Assembly: GCA_902528875.1 (NCBI GenBank)
Contig: CABZTX010000001.1
Location: forward strand, 51,865-115,864
DNA: 64,000 nt
Source of the DNA: an uncultured SAR86 cluster bacterium
GTDB lineage: Bacteria; Pseudomonadota; Gammaproteobacteria; Magnimaribacterales; D2472
Reading direction: 5' to 3'
The position numbers and the translations under genes are program-made. Below the pieces are notes generated by a model. That model searched no databases and was not told the origin of the DNA. It was given only the letters and a program-made list of their open reading frames with translations. Numbering within the stretch: the first letter of the stretch is position 1; the number at the start of each line of letters is the position of its first letter. Positions 55,817-64,000 of this stretch are shown here, in pieces.

Positions 55817-56194
55817 TTAGGAAAACAACTTATCAGTTTTAGCGGCACAAATAAAATCATTTTTGTGTAAACCTTTAATTTTGTGTGACCACCATGAAAC
55901 AGTTACCTTACCCCATTCCAAAAGAATCTCTGGATGATGATCTTCCTCTTCAGCAAGAGAAGCGATTTTATTAGCAAAATTTACTGAATCTTTATAATTA
56001 ATAAATGCAAATGAGCAAACAAGCTTTTTACTTTCTGCTTCTTCGATAACACACCATGATGGAACTTGGTCCATTAAATTATTGATTTCACTTTCAGACA
56101 ATATTGGGGCGTCCTCTCTGCATGCCTCACATGAATTATTAACCAAATTTTTGTCCAAACTAAATCCCTCCTTTTGAAAGCTTTGTCGGATCAA
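55817..56194 (-). CDS. phhB: 4a-hydroxytetrahydrobiopterin (pterin-4-alpha-carbinolamine) dehydratase
   Basis: CEACREDAP, EEEDHHPEILLEWGKVTVSWWSHKIKGLHKNDFICAAKTD. ATG 56194 overlaps the fumC end by 35 nt; an alternative TTG at 56158 would start 1 nt after the fumC stop. Confidence 0.85.
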   Translation of the reverse strand: MIRQSFQKEGFSLDKNLVNNSCEACREDAPILSESEINNLMDQVPSWCVIEEAESKKLVCSFAFINYKDSVNFANKIASLAEEEDHHPEILLEWGKVTVSWWSHKIKGLHKNDFICAAKTDKLFS

Positions 56195-57551
56195 GTAATT
56201 TTTTAAGTTTTGCTATTGGTATATCTGTTTCTTCGGCGGCTACATCAATAATTGGTCTATTCTCTCTATATGCTTTCTTTGCAATCGCTGCAGCGCTGTC
56301 ATAACCAATGATTGGATTCAAAGCTGTAACTAAAATAGGATTTTTAGAAAGAGATGTTTCTAAATGATTTGCGTTAACTTTGAAAGATTTAATTGCTTTT
56401 TGTGACAATGCACTCATGGATCCTGCCATTAAATTAATACTTTTTAAAAGGTTATAAGCAATAACTGGAAGCATGACATTAAGCTGAAAGCTTCCCGATT
56501 GAGCTGCAATGGAAATTGATGCGTCGTTCCCAATTACATCAACAGAGGCCATTGCAACTGCCTCTGGAATAACAGGGTTTACTTTTCCTGGCATGATACT
56601 GCTTCCTGGTTGTAATGCTTTTAGTTCAATTTCAGACAAGCCAGTTAATGGTCCACTATTCATCCAGCGTAAATCATTAGAAATTTTCATTAAAATTATT
56701 GCTAGGTTTTTTAATTCTCCTGATAGTTGAACAGAGCAATCTTGAGAACTTAGCTCATGATAAAAATTTTTGCTAGGTATAAACTTATATTTTCCAGGAT
56801 AAAGCTTGGTGATTTCTTGTGAAAAGTAACGCGAGAATTGTTTATGAGCATTTATGCCACTTCCAACAGCAGTTCCACCTTGGGGTAAGATAAGAAATTT
56901 GTTTGTAATTATGTCTATCATTTCAGAAGAAGCTCTTAATTGACTTGACCATGCTAATAATTCTTCTGAGAAGTTAATTGGCATTGCATCCATTAAATGA
57001 GTCCTACCAGTCTTAATAACTCCATCAACCGATTTTGCTTTTTTTTCAATAGTATTAATTAAATCATCTAATGCTGGAATTAATTTTTTTGTAAGATCCA
57101 TATGTGCACTAATTTTTATAGCAGTAGGAATTACATCATTACTGCTTTGGCTCATATTTACGTCATCATTTGGACTAATAGTTATTTTGGAGAACTTTGA
57201 TGCTAAATTAGCAATTACTTCATTAGCATTCATATTTGAACTCGTACCAGAGCCTGTTTGAAAAACATCTATTGGAAATTCATTATGGTGTTTTTCTTGC
57301 CATACTTCTTTCGAAGCTTTTGAAATCGCTTTAGCTTTTTTTGTTGATATTAATTTAAGTCTCAAATTAGCTTTTGCAGCTGCATCTTTTATAAATCCTA
57401 ATGAAGATACAAAAGATTTTGTAAAAGGGAAATCCATTTTTATTCCACTTATTGGAAAATTATTTATTGCTCTTTGAGTTTGAGCACCCCAAAGTGCTTT
57501 TTTTGGAACCTTAACCTCACCAATGCTATCTTTTTCAATTCTAAATTTCAT
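56160..57551 (-). CDS. fumC: Class II fumarate hydratase
   Basis: 463 aa. GSSIMPGKVNP signature, TGSGTSSNMN, HLMDAMP. Confidence 0.95.
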   Translation of the reverse strand: MKFRIEKDSIGEVKVPKKALWGAQTQRAINNFPISGIKMDFPFTKSFVSSLGFIKDAAAKANLRLKLISTKKAKAISKASKEVWQEKHHNEFPIDVFQTGSGTSSNMNANEVIANLASKFSKITISPNDDVNMSQSSNDVIPTAIKISAHMDLTKKLIPALDDLINTIEKKAKSVDGVIKTGRTHLMDAMPINFSEELLAWSSQLRASSEMIDIITNKFLILPQGGTAVGSGINAHKQFSRYFSQEITKLYPGKYKFIPSKNFYHELSSQDCSVQLSGELKNLAIILMKISNDLRWMNSGPLTGLSEIELKALQPGSSIMPGKVNPVIPEAVAMASVDVIGNDASISIAAQSGSFQLNVMLPVIAYNLLKSINLMAGSMSALSQKAIKSFKVNANHLETSLSKNPILVTALNPIIGYDSAAAIAKKAYRENRPIIDVAAEETDIPIAKLKKLLDPTKLSKGGI

Positions 57552-57618
57552 ATTCTTCCTTTTTTTGGTAAGCTATTTTAATTATTTTAACATTAATGAG
57601 TAAAAGAGAATAAAAACT

Positions 57619-58428
57619 ATGTCAAATGTTTCACCAATTAAAATTGATATTTTTGATGGAAGACTACCATTGAAGGAAAAAGGACTTGTTTTTCAAGAAT
57701 TTGCAAATCCTGCTGAGGAGAGAAGAAACCAATTAGAAAAATTGGCTGCAGGGTTTAGATTATTTGATTACTTCGGTTTTAATGAAGGAGTAGCTGGTCA
57801 TATTACTTATAGAGATCCAGAATTTAAAGATCATTTTTGGGTAAATCCTTTAGGTGTTCATTTTTCCCAAATATCAGTTTCCGACTTACTTTTAGTAAAT
57901 CATGATGGCAAAGTTGTTCAAGGCGACAAAGATGTAAATGTTGCTGCTTTTGCAATTCACTCAAGGCTTCATAAAGCAAGGCCTGATGTAAATGCAGCTG
58001 CTCATTCACATTCAATTTATGGAAGAACATTTTCAACCCTTGGAAAACTTTTAGACCCTATCTCGCAAGATGCTTGTGCATTCTATGAAAACCAAGGTCT
58101 TTATGAAGATTTTTCTGGTGTTGTTGAGGAAGTTGATGAAGGAGATGAAATTGCGAAAGCTCTTGGAAAAAGGAAAGTTGCAATTTTACAAAATCATGGA
58201 ATATTGACAACAGGTCCATCTGTAGATATAGCGCTCTGGTTTTATATGTCAATGGAAAGATGTTGCCAAGCTCAATTGATGGCTGAAGCTGCTGGAAAGC
58301 CAAAGATAATTCCGCATAGAACCGCAGTAAAAACAAGAGAATTCATAGCAAACGATATCGCTGCCTGGGCGAGTTATCAGCCTGCATTTGATAAAATTGT
58401 AAAAATGCAACCTGATCTTTTAGATTAG
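57619..58428 (+). CDS. Class II aldolase/adducin-family protein
   Basis: 269 aa. AGHITYRDP, AAAHSHS, ILQNHGILTTG. Confidence 0.8.
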   Translation: MSNVSPIKIDIFDGRLPLKEKGLVFQEFANPAEERRNQLEKLAAGFRLFDYFGFNEGVAGHITYRDPEFKDHFWVNPLGVHFSQISVSDLLLVNHDGKVVQGDKDVNVAAFAIHSRLHKARPDVNAAAHSHSIYGRTFSTLGKLLDPISQDACAFYENQGLYEDFSGVVEEVDEGDEIAKALGKRKVAILQNHGILTTGPSVDIALWFYMSMERCCQAQLMAEAAGKPKIIPHRTAVKTREFIANDIAAWASYQPAFDKIVKMQPDLLD

Positions 58429-59849
58429 GCCTCTGGTGCAATTATAGCTTTTGTCTCGAGACATTCTTCAAGCCCATGTTTTCCATGCTCTCTTCCATTT
58501 CCCGAGGTTTTATAACCCCCAAAAGGAGCTGCATTTCCCCTTGCACCTCCATTAATTGTTATCTGCCCTGCTCGAATTTGATTACCAACTTCAATTGCAT
58601 GTGATAGTTCGCCTTGAACATATCCAGCTAAGCCATATTCTGTATCATTTGCAATTTTTATTGCCTCTTCTTCATTATCATATTTAATAACACATAGAAC
58701 AGGTCCAAATATCTCTTCTTTTGCAATGGTCATGTCATTAGTGACGTCTGCGAATACTGTTGGTTTTACATAATATCCTTTTTCACAACCTTCGGGTTTT
58801 TCAGGTCCACCTGCTACTAGTCTCGCTCCTTCTTCAATACCAATTTCTATCATCTTTACTACTTTTTCGTATTGAGTTTTGTTTGAAATTGGGCCCATCC
58901 TAAATTCTCCATTTGGATCTCCTACTGAAGTGTTGTTTGCTGTTTGTGCAGCTACTTCAACAGCTTTATCGTAATTTTTTGATGATACAAGCATTCTTGT
59001 TGGAGCATTACATGATTGACCAGAATTTAAAAAACAATGACCTGCACCACCTTTGACAGATTTCTCTAGATCAGCAACATCATCTAAAATTATATTCGCA
59101 GATTTTCCACCAAGTTCCTGCTGGACTCTTTTAACGGTATTCGCAGAGGCTTGAGCAACCGCTATTCCCGCCCTAGTAGAACCTGTAAATGACATCATAT
59201 CTACTTCTTCATGCTCTGAAAGAGCAGCTCCTACAATTGGTCCATATCCGTTTACTAAATTAAAGACACCTTTTGGAACACCAGCATCATGCATCACTTC
59301 AGCTAATAACATTGAACAATATGGAGATATTTCGCTAGGTTTTAGAACCATAGTACACCCACTTGCAATTGCAGCAGACACTTTTGTAGTTATTTGATTC
59401 ATTGGCCAGTTCCATGGAGTAATCATACCGATAACACCAATGGGTTCTCTTCTTAACGTATAACCATCTTCTTTTTTTTCAAATTCAAAGTTTTCTAGAG
59501 CTTCAAGAGTTTCTTTAAAGTTTTTAAGGCCTGTATTTGCTTGTGCTCTTTCAGAAAGCCATTGGGGAGCTCCCATTTCTTTGGTAATAACTTCAACAAA
59601 GTCTTTGTATCTATTTTCATACTCTTTGATGATTGCTTTTAGGAGCTCAATTCTTTCATCTTGAGTAGTATTAGAAAATGTTTTAAATGCTTCAGCAGCT
59701 GCCTTAACTGCAATATCAATATCTTCTTTTGTACCTGCAGTAATTTGCCCAATTACTTCTTCGTTAGCTGGATTAATAACATCAATTAAGTCATTACTAT
59801 CAGACTTTATCCATTCACCATTTATATAGAAATTTAAATCATTACTCAT
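58425..59849 (-). CDS. NAD(P)-dependent aldehyde dehydrogenase
   Basis: 474 aa. PWNWP, ELGGKSA, FLNSGQSCNAP (catalytic Cys), EEIFGPV. Confidence 0.92.
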   Translation of the reverse strand: MSNDLNFYINGEWIKSDSNDLIDVINPANEEVIGQITAGTKEDIDIAVKAAAEAFKTFSNTTQDERIELLKAIIKEYENRYKDFVEVITKEMGAPQWLSERAQANTGLKNFKETLEALENFEFEKKEDGYTLRREPIGVIGMITPWNWPMNQITTKVSAAIASGCTMVLKPSEISPYCSMLLAEVMHDAGVPKGVFNLVNGYGPIVGAALSEHEEVDMMSFTGSTRAGIAVAQASANTVKRVQQELGGKSANIILDDVADLEKSVKGGAGHCFLNSGQSCNAPTRMLVSSKNYDKAVEVAAQTANNTSVGDPNGEFRMGPISNKTQYEKVVKMIEIGIEEGARLVAGGPEKPEGCEKGYYVKPTVFADVTNDMTIAKEEIFGPVLCVIKYDNEEEAIKIANDTEYGLAGYVQGELSHAIEVGNQIRAGQITINGGARGNAAPFGGYKTSGNGREHGKHGLEECLETKAIIAPEA

Positions 59850-59911
59850 ATTTATCTCCTAAAAACTTTGAAATTATAACTAAAATTACACTAATGAACT
59901 ACAGAGATTTT

Positions 59912-61591
59912 TTAGAAAAGTCCCTTAATTTCTTTATCATCATCTAAACCGATAGCCTCGGCAGCCGGAACTCTTGGAAGACCTGGCATTGTCATAATTT
60001 CACCACAAACTACTACTATAAATTCAGCACCAGCAGATAATCTTACCTCCCTAATTGGTATATCATGTCCAACTGGCGCACACATCAATAATGGATCTGT
60101 TGAAAAACTATACTGGGTTTTTGCCATACATATTGGATAATTACCAAAGCCATCCTCTTCAAGTTTTTTAAATTGGTTTCTAACTTTCTTATCAGCGATT
60201 ATTTGAGCAGCTCCATATATTTTTTTTGCAACTGTAGATGTTTTATCCCAAAGGGACATTTCATCATCATAAAGAGTTTTAAATTCTGCTGTATTAGAAT
60301 CTGCGACTTTCGCTACTTCCTCAGCCAAATCACTTGCACCTTCACCGCCCTTTTCCCAGTGGGATGATATTTTGCATTGCACTCCAAGATTTTTACAAAA
60401 ATTAATTATCTGCTCATGCTCTTTTTTTGTATCAGTTACATAATCATTAATAGCAACAACGACAGGCACTCCAAATTTCTCAATATTCTCAATGTGTTTC
60501 GCAAGATTTTCACATCCTTTTAAGACTGCATCAGCATTTTCTTTAGTAAGTTCATCTTTTTTTACACCTCCATGCATTTTTAATGCTTTTGTAGTTGCAA
60601 CCAATACAACTGCATCGGGTTTAAGACCTGATTTTCTACATTTAATATTAAAAAACTTTTCAGCTCCTAAGTCAGCACCAAAACCTGCCTCAGTTACAAC
60701 GTAATCTGCTAATTTTAATGCTGTTTTTGTAGCAACAACTGAATTGCAGCCGTGAGCAATATTTGCAAATGGTCCCCCGTGCATGAGAGCAGGATTATTT
60801 TCTAATGTTTGAACCAGATTTGGTTGAAATGCATCTTTCAATAGTGCTGTAATAGCTCCATCTGCATTAAGTTCTTTTGCTTTAACGGGTTCATTTTTCT
60901 TTGTATAGCCTATAACAATATTTCCAATTCTTGTTTGTAAATCATCTAAATCTGACGCTAAGCAAAATACAGCCATTATTTCTGAAGCTACAGTGATATC
61001 ATATCCGCTTTGTCGCGGTACTCCATTTCCAGTCCCACCAAGACCACACGTAATATCTCTTAGTGATCTGTCATTCATATCAACAACTCTTTTCCAGGTT
61101 ATTCTTCTTGGGTCAATATTAAGTTCATTCTCCCAATGTATATGATTGTCGATTAGAGCTGATAGAAGATTATGTGCTGCACCAATTGCATGAAAATCTC
61201 CAGTAAAGTGTAAATTTATATCAGTCATAGGTATAACTTGAGCATATCCACCTCCTGCAGCACCACCTTTCATACCAAAACATGGTCCTAAACTTGGTTC
61301 TCTTAGGCAAATCATTGCTTTTTTTCCAATATGGCAAAGACCATCTACTAATCCAACACTTGTAGTTGTCTTTCCCTCCCCAGCTGGAGTAGGTGAAATT
61401 GCTGTTACAAGTATTAATTTACCATTATCATTATTTGAAACTGAATTAATTAAGTTATGTGAAAGCTTTGCTTTATCGTCCCCAAATCGGATTAAATTTT
61501 CTTTATCGATGCTTATTGAATCAGCGATTTCAACAATATTTCTTTTATTTGCAGAATTTGCAATTTCTAAGTCACTCAGATAATTAGACAT
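59912..61591 (-). CDS. fhs: Formate--tetrahydrofolate ligase
   Basis: 559 aa. [30 protein letters not shown]. Confidence 0.95.
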   Translation of the reverse strand: MSNYLSDLEIANSANKRNIVEIADSISIDKENLIRFGDDKAKLSHNLINSVSNNDNGKLILVTAISPTPAGEGKTTTSVGLVDGLCHIGKKAMICLREPSLGPCFGMKGGAAGGGYAQVIPMTDINLHFTGDFHAIGAAHNLLSALIDNHIHWENELNIDPRRITWKRVVDMNDRSLRDITCGLGGTGNGVPRQSGYDITVASEIMAVFCLASDLDDLQTRIGNIVIGYTKKNEPVKAKELNADGAITALLKDAFQPNLVQTLENNPALMHGGPFANIAHGCNSVVATKTALKLADYVVTEAGFGADLGAEKFFNIKCRKSGLKPDAVVLVATTKALKMHGGVKKDELTKENADAVLKGCENLAKHIENIEKFGVPVVVAINDYVTDTKKEHEQIINFCKNLGVQCKISSHWEKGGEGASDLAEEVAKVADSNTAEFKTLYDDEMSLWDKTSTVAKKIYGAAQIIADKKVRNQFKKLEEDGFGNYPICMAKTQYSFSTDPLLMCAPVGHDIPIREVRLSAGAEFIVVVCGEIMTMPGLPRVPAAEAIGLDDDKEIKGLF

Positions 61592-61657
61592 TGTTTACCT
61601 CAAAAAATTAGATTAAGTATACATAAGTGAATAATACTAAACTAGAAAAAAAAATAA

Positions 61658-63073
61658 TTAATTTCTTGCACTATTGAATGCTTCAATTGCTCTTAATCTT
61701 GATTCTTTTAAATCTAATATTTGTTCATGATAACCAAGATGAGATCGAATATTTAAAGCGGGACTATGAATTTCTTTTGCATCTAAGTCTTTAAGCTCAC
61801 TAATATATTTTTTTATAAATAATCCACTTTTATCAAAGTTTTTTGATTGTGTTAGCGGATTAAAAATTCTGAAGTATGGTGCGGCATCCGTACCGGTTGA
61901 GCTACTCCATTGCCAACCTCCATTGTTTGATGAAAAATCTCCATCCATAAGATTTTGCATAAAAAATGCCTCACCAATTTTCCAGTCATGAAGCATATTT
62001 TTTGTGAAGAACATTGCTGTAACCATTCTCAGTCTATTATGCATCCAGCCCTCTGTTTTGAGCTGCTTCATTGCAGCATCAATTATTGGAAAACCAGTTT
62101 CTCCATTTTTCCATGCATTTAGCTCATCTTCATCATGCCTCCATTTGATGTTTACTGTGTATTCTTGAAAAGGTTTGTCTTTACTAACTCTTGGAAAACA
62201 GAACATTATATTTTTATAAAACTCTCTCCACACAATTTCATCAATCCACTTTACTATCCCAATTTCGTTGGAATCTAATTCAAAATTGTTTCTTTTTAAT
62301 GCTTCTAAAATACATCTCCTAGGAGAAATTACTCCTGATGCAAAATACGGCGATAATCTGCTTGTTCCGTCTATTATTGGATCATTTCTGTCTTTAGAAT
62401 ATCTTAAAACTTTTTGATCTAGGTAATCATTTAGTCTTTTATAGGCTTCCTTCTCACCAATAGGCCAAAGTAACATATCTACACAATGAGTTTTTTTAAA
62501 TCTAAAATCAAAGGTATTCACGTTAGATCTAATATCAGTATTATTTTTTGGAGTGTAATTAAATTCAATATCGAGAAGATCTATATTGAATTTTTCAATC
62601 CATTTTCTTTTAAAAGGTGTAAATACTGAATATGGTCTATCATCGCCAGTTCTCAATGTCCCAGGAGAATAGACCAAGCCATTTTCATAGTTGGAATATT
62701 TAATATTATTTTCATCCAAAACTTTCTTTAACAAATCATCTCTTTGAATTTCATCAAACCCAACTTGATTGTTCCAGAAGACTTTTTGTAAGTTTCTTTC
62801 TTTTACTATTTGAAGAATTTTGTTTGGATCATCTAAAAAATTATTTGAATCAATAACGGTTAATGGAATATTAAATCTTCCCAAATCTTCTTCTAAACTT
62901 TTAAGATTTTCAATAATAAAGTGAGTTTTACAATTAGCTACATCATGGGCCTCATTTTGATTTAATGAATGTAAATAAACACAATGGACTTCTGAAGATG
63001 ACATGCAAGCATTTTTGAGAGCTTGATTATCATCAATTCTTAGATCATTTCTGAACCAAACTAAACTTTTCAT
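61658..63073 (-). CDS. phrB: Deoxyribodipyrimidine photo-lyase (class I CPD type)
   Basis: 471 aa. LVWFRNDLRIDDN, TSRLSPY, WREFY, TGFPIIDAAMKQL..GWMHNRLRM, GGWQW. Confidence 0.92.
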   Translation of the reverse strand: MKSLVWFRNDLRIDDNQALKNACMSSSEVHCVYLHSLNQNEAHDVANCKTHFIIENLKSLEEDLGRFNIPLTVIDSNNFLDDPNKILQIVKERNLQKVFWNNQVGFDEIQRDDLLKKVLDENNIKYSNYENGLVYSPGTLRTGDDRPYSVFTPFKRKWIEKFNIDLLDIEFNYTPKNNTDIRSNVNTFDFRFKKTHCVDMLLWPIGEKEAYKRLNDYLDQKVLRYSKDRNDPIIDGTSRLSPYFASGVISPRRCILEALKRNNFELDSNEIGIVKWIDEIVWREFYKNIMFCFPRVSKDKPFQEYTVNIKWRHDEDELNAWKNGETGFPIIDAAMKQLKTEGWMHNRLRMVTAMFFTKNMLHDWKIGEAFFMQNLMDGDFSSNNGGWQWSSSTGTDAAPYFRIFNPLTQSKNFDKSGLFIKKYISELKDLDAKEIHSPALNIRSHLGYHEQILDLKESRLRAIEAFNSARN

Positions 63074-63076
63074 AAG

Positions 63077-63832
63077 CTACTCTGAAATATATGAATTTGA
63101 GAAAACTATATCGACTTGAAAGTTATCCTTAACATTGTTAATTTTTGCATTGCCACCAGAAGATTCAATTATTGCAGCGCCAGCAATAATATCCCATAAA
63201 AATACTCCATTTTCTTTGTAAAGCTCTGCTTTGCCTGATGCTATATAACAAGATGCAATTGCAGCAGAGCCAATCATTCTAACTTTTTTCCAAGTTTGCA
63301 TATCTTCAATCATTTTTTTAAGGGAATCATTTTCATAATTTGTGTTCACAGGTAATCCAGTAACTAAAACTGCTTCATTTTTACTATCAATCTTTGAAAC
63401 TTCAATTTCTTTATTATTTAAAAAAGCTTCTTTGGTAATATTATTAGCCTGATATAAATCATCATTATAAAAATCATAAATTACTCCTAATATTGGTTTC
63501 ATATTGCATACAAGACCTATTGATACACAACAGATTGGAATATCTCTACTAAAATTTGCAGTTCCATCTAAAGGATCAATAATCCAAAAGGTATCGCCTA
63601 AATTTTCTACAGATTTTCCACTCTCTTCAGCTAAAATAGGATATTTTGAAATAGAACTAATTGATTGTTTTATTAAATTTTCAGATTCGACATCTGCTTG
63701 CAACTTTGTATCTTTTGGTCTGCTTTCTATCCTTACATTTAGTTTCGATTTATTTTTTAGTAAATATTTTCCAGCATTTAAAGCAGCCTCGACTGCATAA
63801 CTCAGCTCTTGAGAATAGTCATTTTTAATCAT
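63077..63832 (-). CDS. Inositol monophosphatase family protein
   Basis: 251 aa. AEESG, WIIDPLDGTANF, WDIIAGAAI. Confidence 0.88.
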   Translation of the reverse strand: MIKNDYSQELSYAVEAALNAGKYLLKNKSKLNVRIESRPKDTKLQADVESENLIKQSISSISKYPILAEESGKSVENLGDTFWIIDPLDGTANFSRDIPICCVSIGLVCNMKPILGVIYDFYNDDLYQANNITKEAFLNNKEIEVSKIDSKNEAVLVTGLPVNTNYENDSLKKMIEDMQTWKKVRMIGSAAIASCYIASGKAELYKENGVFLWDIIAGAAIIESSGGNAKINNVKDNFQVDIVFSNSYISE

Positions 63833-64000
63833 TAGCCAGAATAGGTTACACGATATATTACGTTGTGCTTATCATCGGAAATTAGAAGTGATCCATCACT
63901 CATTACAAATGGTGAAACTGGTCTTCCCCATGCTTGTTCATTATCTAGCCATCCAGTTATAAAGTCTTCTTGTCTGACATAGTTTCCATTATTATCAAGT
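63832..64000 (-). CDS. C-terminal fragment of a PQQ-dependent sugar (glucose/sorbosone) dehydrogenase-like beta-propeller protein; the gene continues beyond the right edge
   Basis: Manual minus-strand translation: ..LDNNGNYVRQEDFITGWLDNEQAWGRPVSPFVMSDGSLLISDDKHNVIYRVTYSG-stop. The GRPV..DGSLL(I/V)SDD...IYR(I/V).Y ending is typical of this family. Its stop overlaps the next gene's ATG. Confidence 0.5.
   Translation of the reverse strand, partial: LDNNGNYVRQEDFITGWLDNEQAWGRPVSPFVMSDGSLLISDDKHNVIYRVTYSG

Noticed and set aside
15450-63800. Remaining short track ORFs inside larger genes: 15450, 16521, 18804, 18914, 19638, 19902, 21108, 21182, 21617, 21900, 23415, 23434, 28431, 29955, 35140, 37170, 37590, 38573, 39093, 39736, 39845, 42105, 42480, 43889, 47690, 49164, 50373, 51413, 56509, 57824, 58058, 60173, 60492, 63504
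   Set aside because: Each is fully embedded in, antisense to, or out of frame with a gene that has clear family motifs. None has recognisable motifs of its own. I treat them as frame noise.
1-64000. CRISPR arrays, rRNA or tRNA genes, long tandem or dispersed repeats, prophage or defence-system gene sets
   Set aside because: Protein-coding genes with clear frames tile the window. No spacer-repeat periodicity, no structured-RNA hallmarks, and no nuclease, helicase or ATPase combinations typical of defence systems were seen.

Overview
The window is visibly AT-rich and very tightly packed. Genes tile almost the whole 64 kb, and many stop and start codons overlap or sit 1-10 nt apart. I found no rRNA, tRNA, CRISPR array, transposase or integrase. 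Gene content and local synteny (lexA next to topA, a guaBA operon, thrH, fumC plus phhB, TonB-dependent receptor, many acyl-CoA enzymes) fit a streamlined marine gammaproteobacterium. A SAR86-like lineage is my guess only, not something the sequence demonstrates.

Most of the window is core housekeeping and lipid or terpenoid-type catabolism:
- An atu-like cluster at about 18.6-27.7 kb: acyl-CoA carboxylase beta and alpha subunits, a TetR regulator, an AtuA/DUF1446 protein, an enoyl-CoA hydratase and two acyl-CoA dehydrogenases.
- A second coupled acyl-CoA dehydrogenase pair at 9.8-12.1 kb.
- A purine-salvage neighbourhood at 40.5-44.9 kb.
- C1 and redox genes: a DmdA-like GcvT-family protein, fhs, and an msrA-trx-msrB fusion.

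Two regions stand out.
1. The 3.65 kb downstream of guaA (48.8-52.5 kb). The last codons of guaA (..IEWE-stop) recur three more times in the same orientation. These copies split the region into three small cargo segments with no recombinase. This looks like a tandem integration hotspot or flexible island at the guaA 3' end.
2. A translationally coupled three-gene operon at 33.2-35.1 kb that matches no pathway I recognise. It encodes an atypical class-I methyltransferase-like protein, a minimal APS-kinase-like P-loop protein and a minimal HxGH nucleotidyltransferase.

All functional calls come from reading motifs in the supplied translations. No database search was run.
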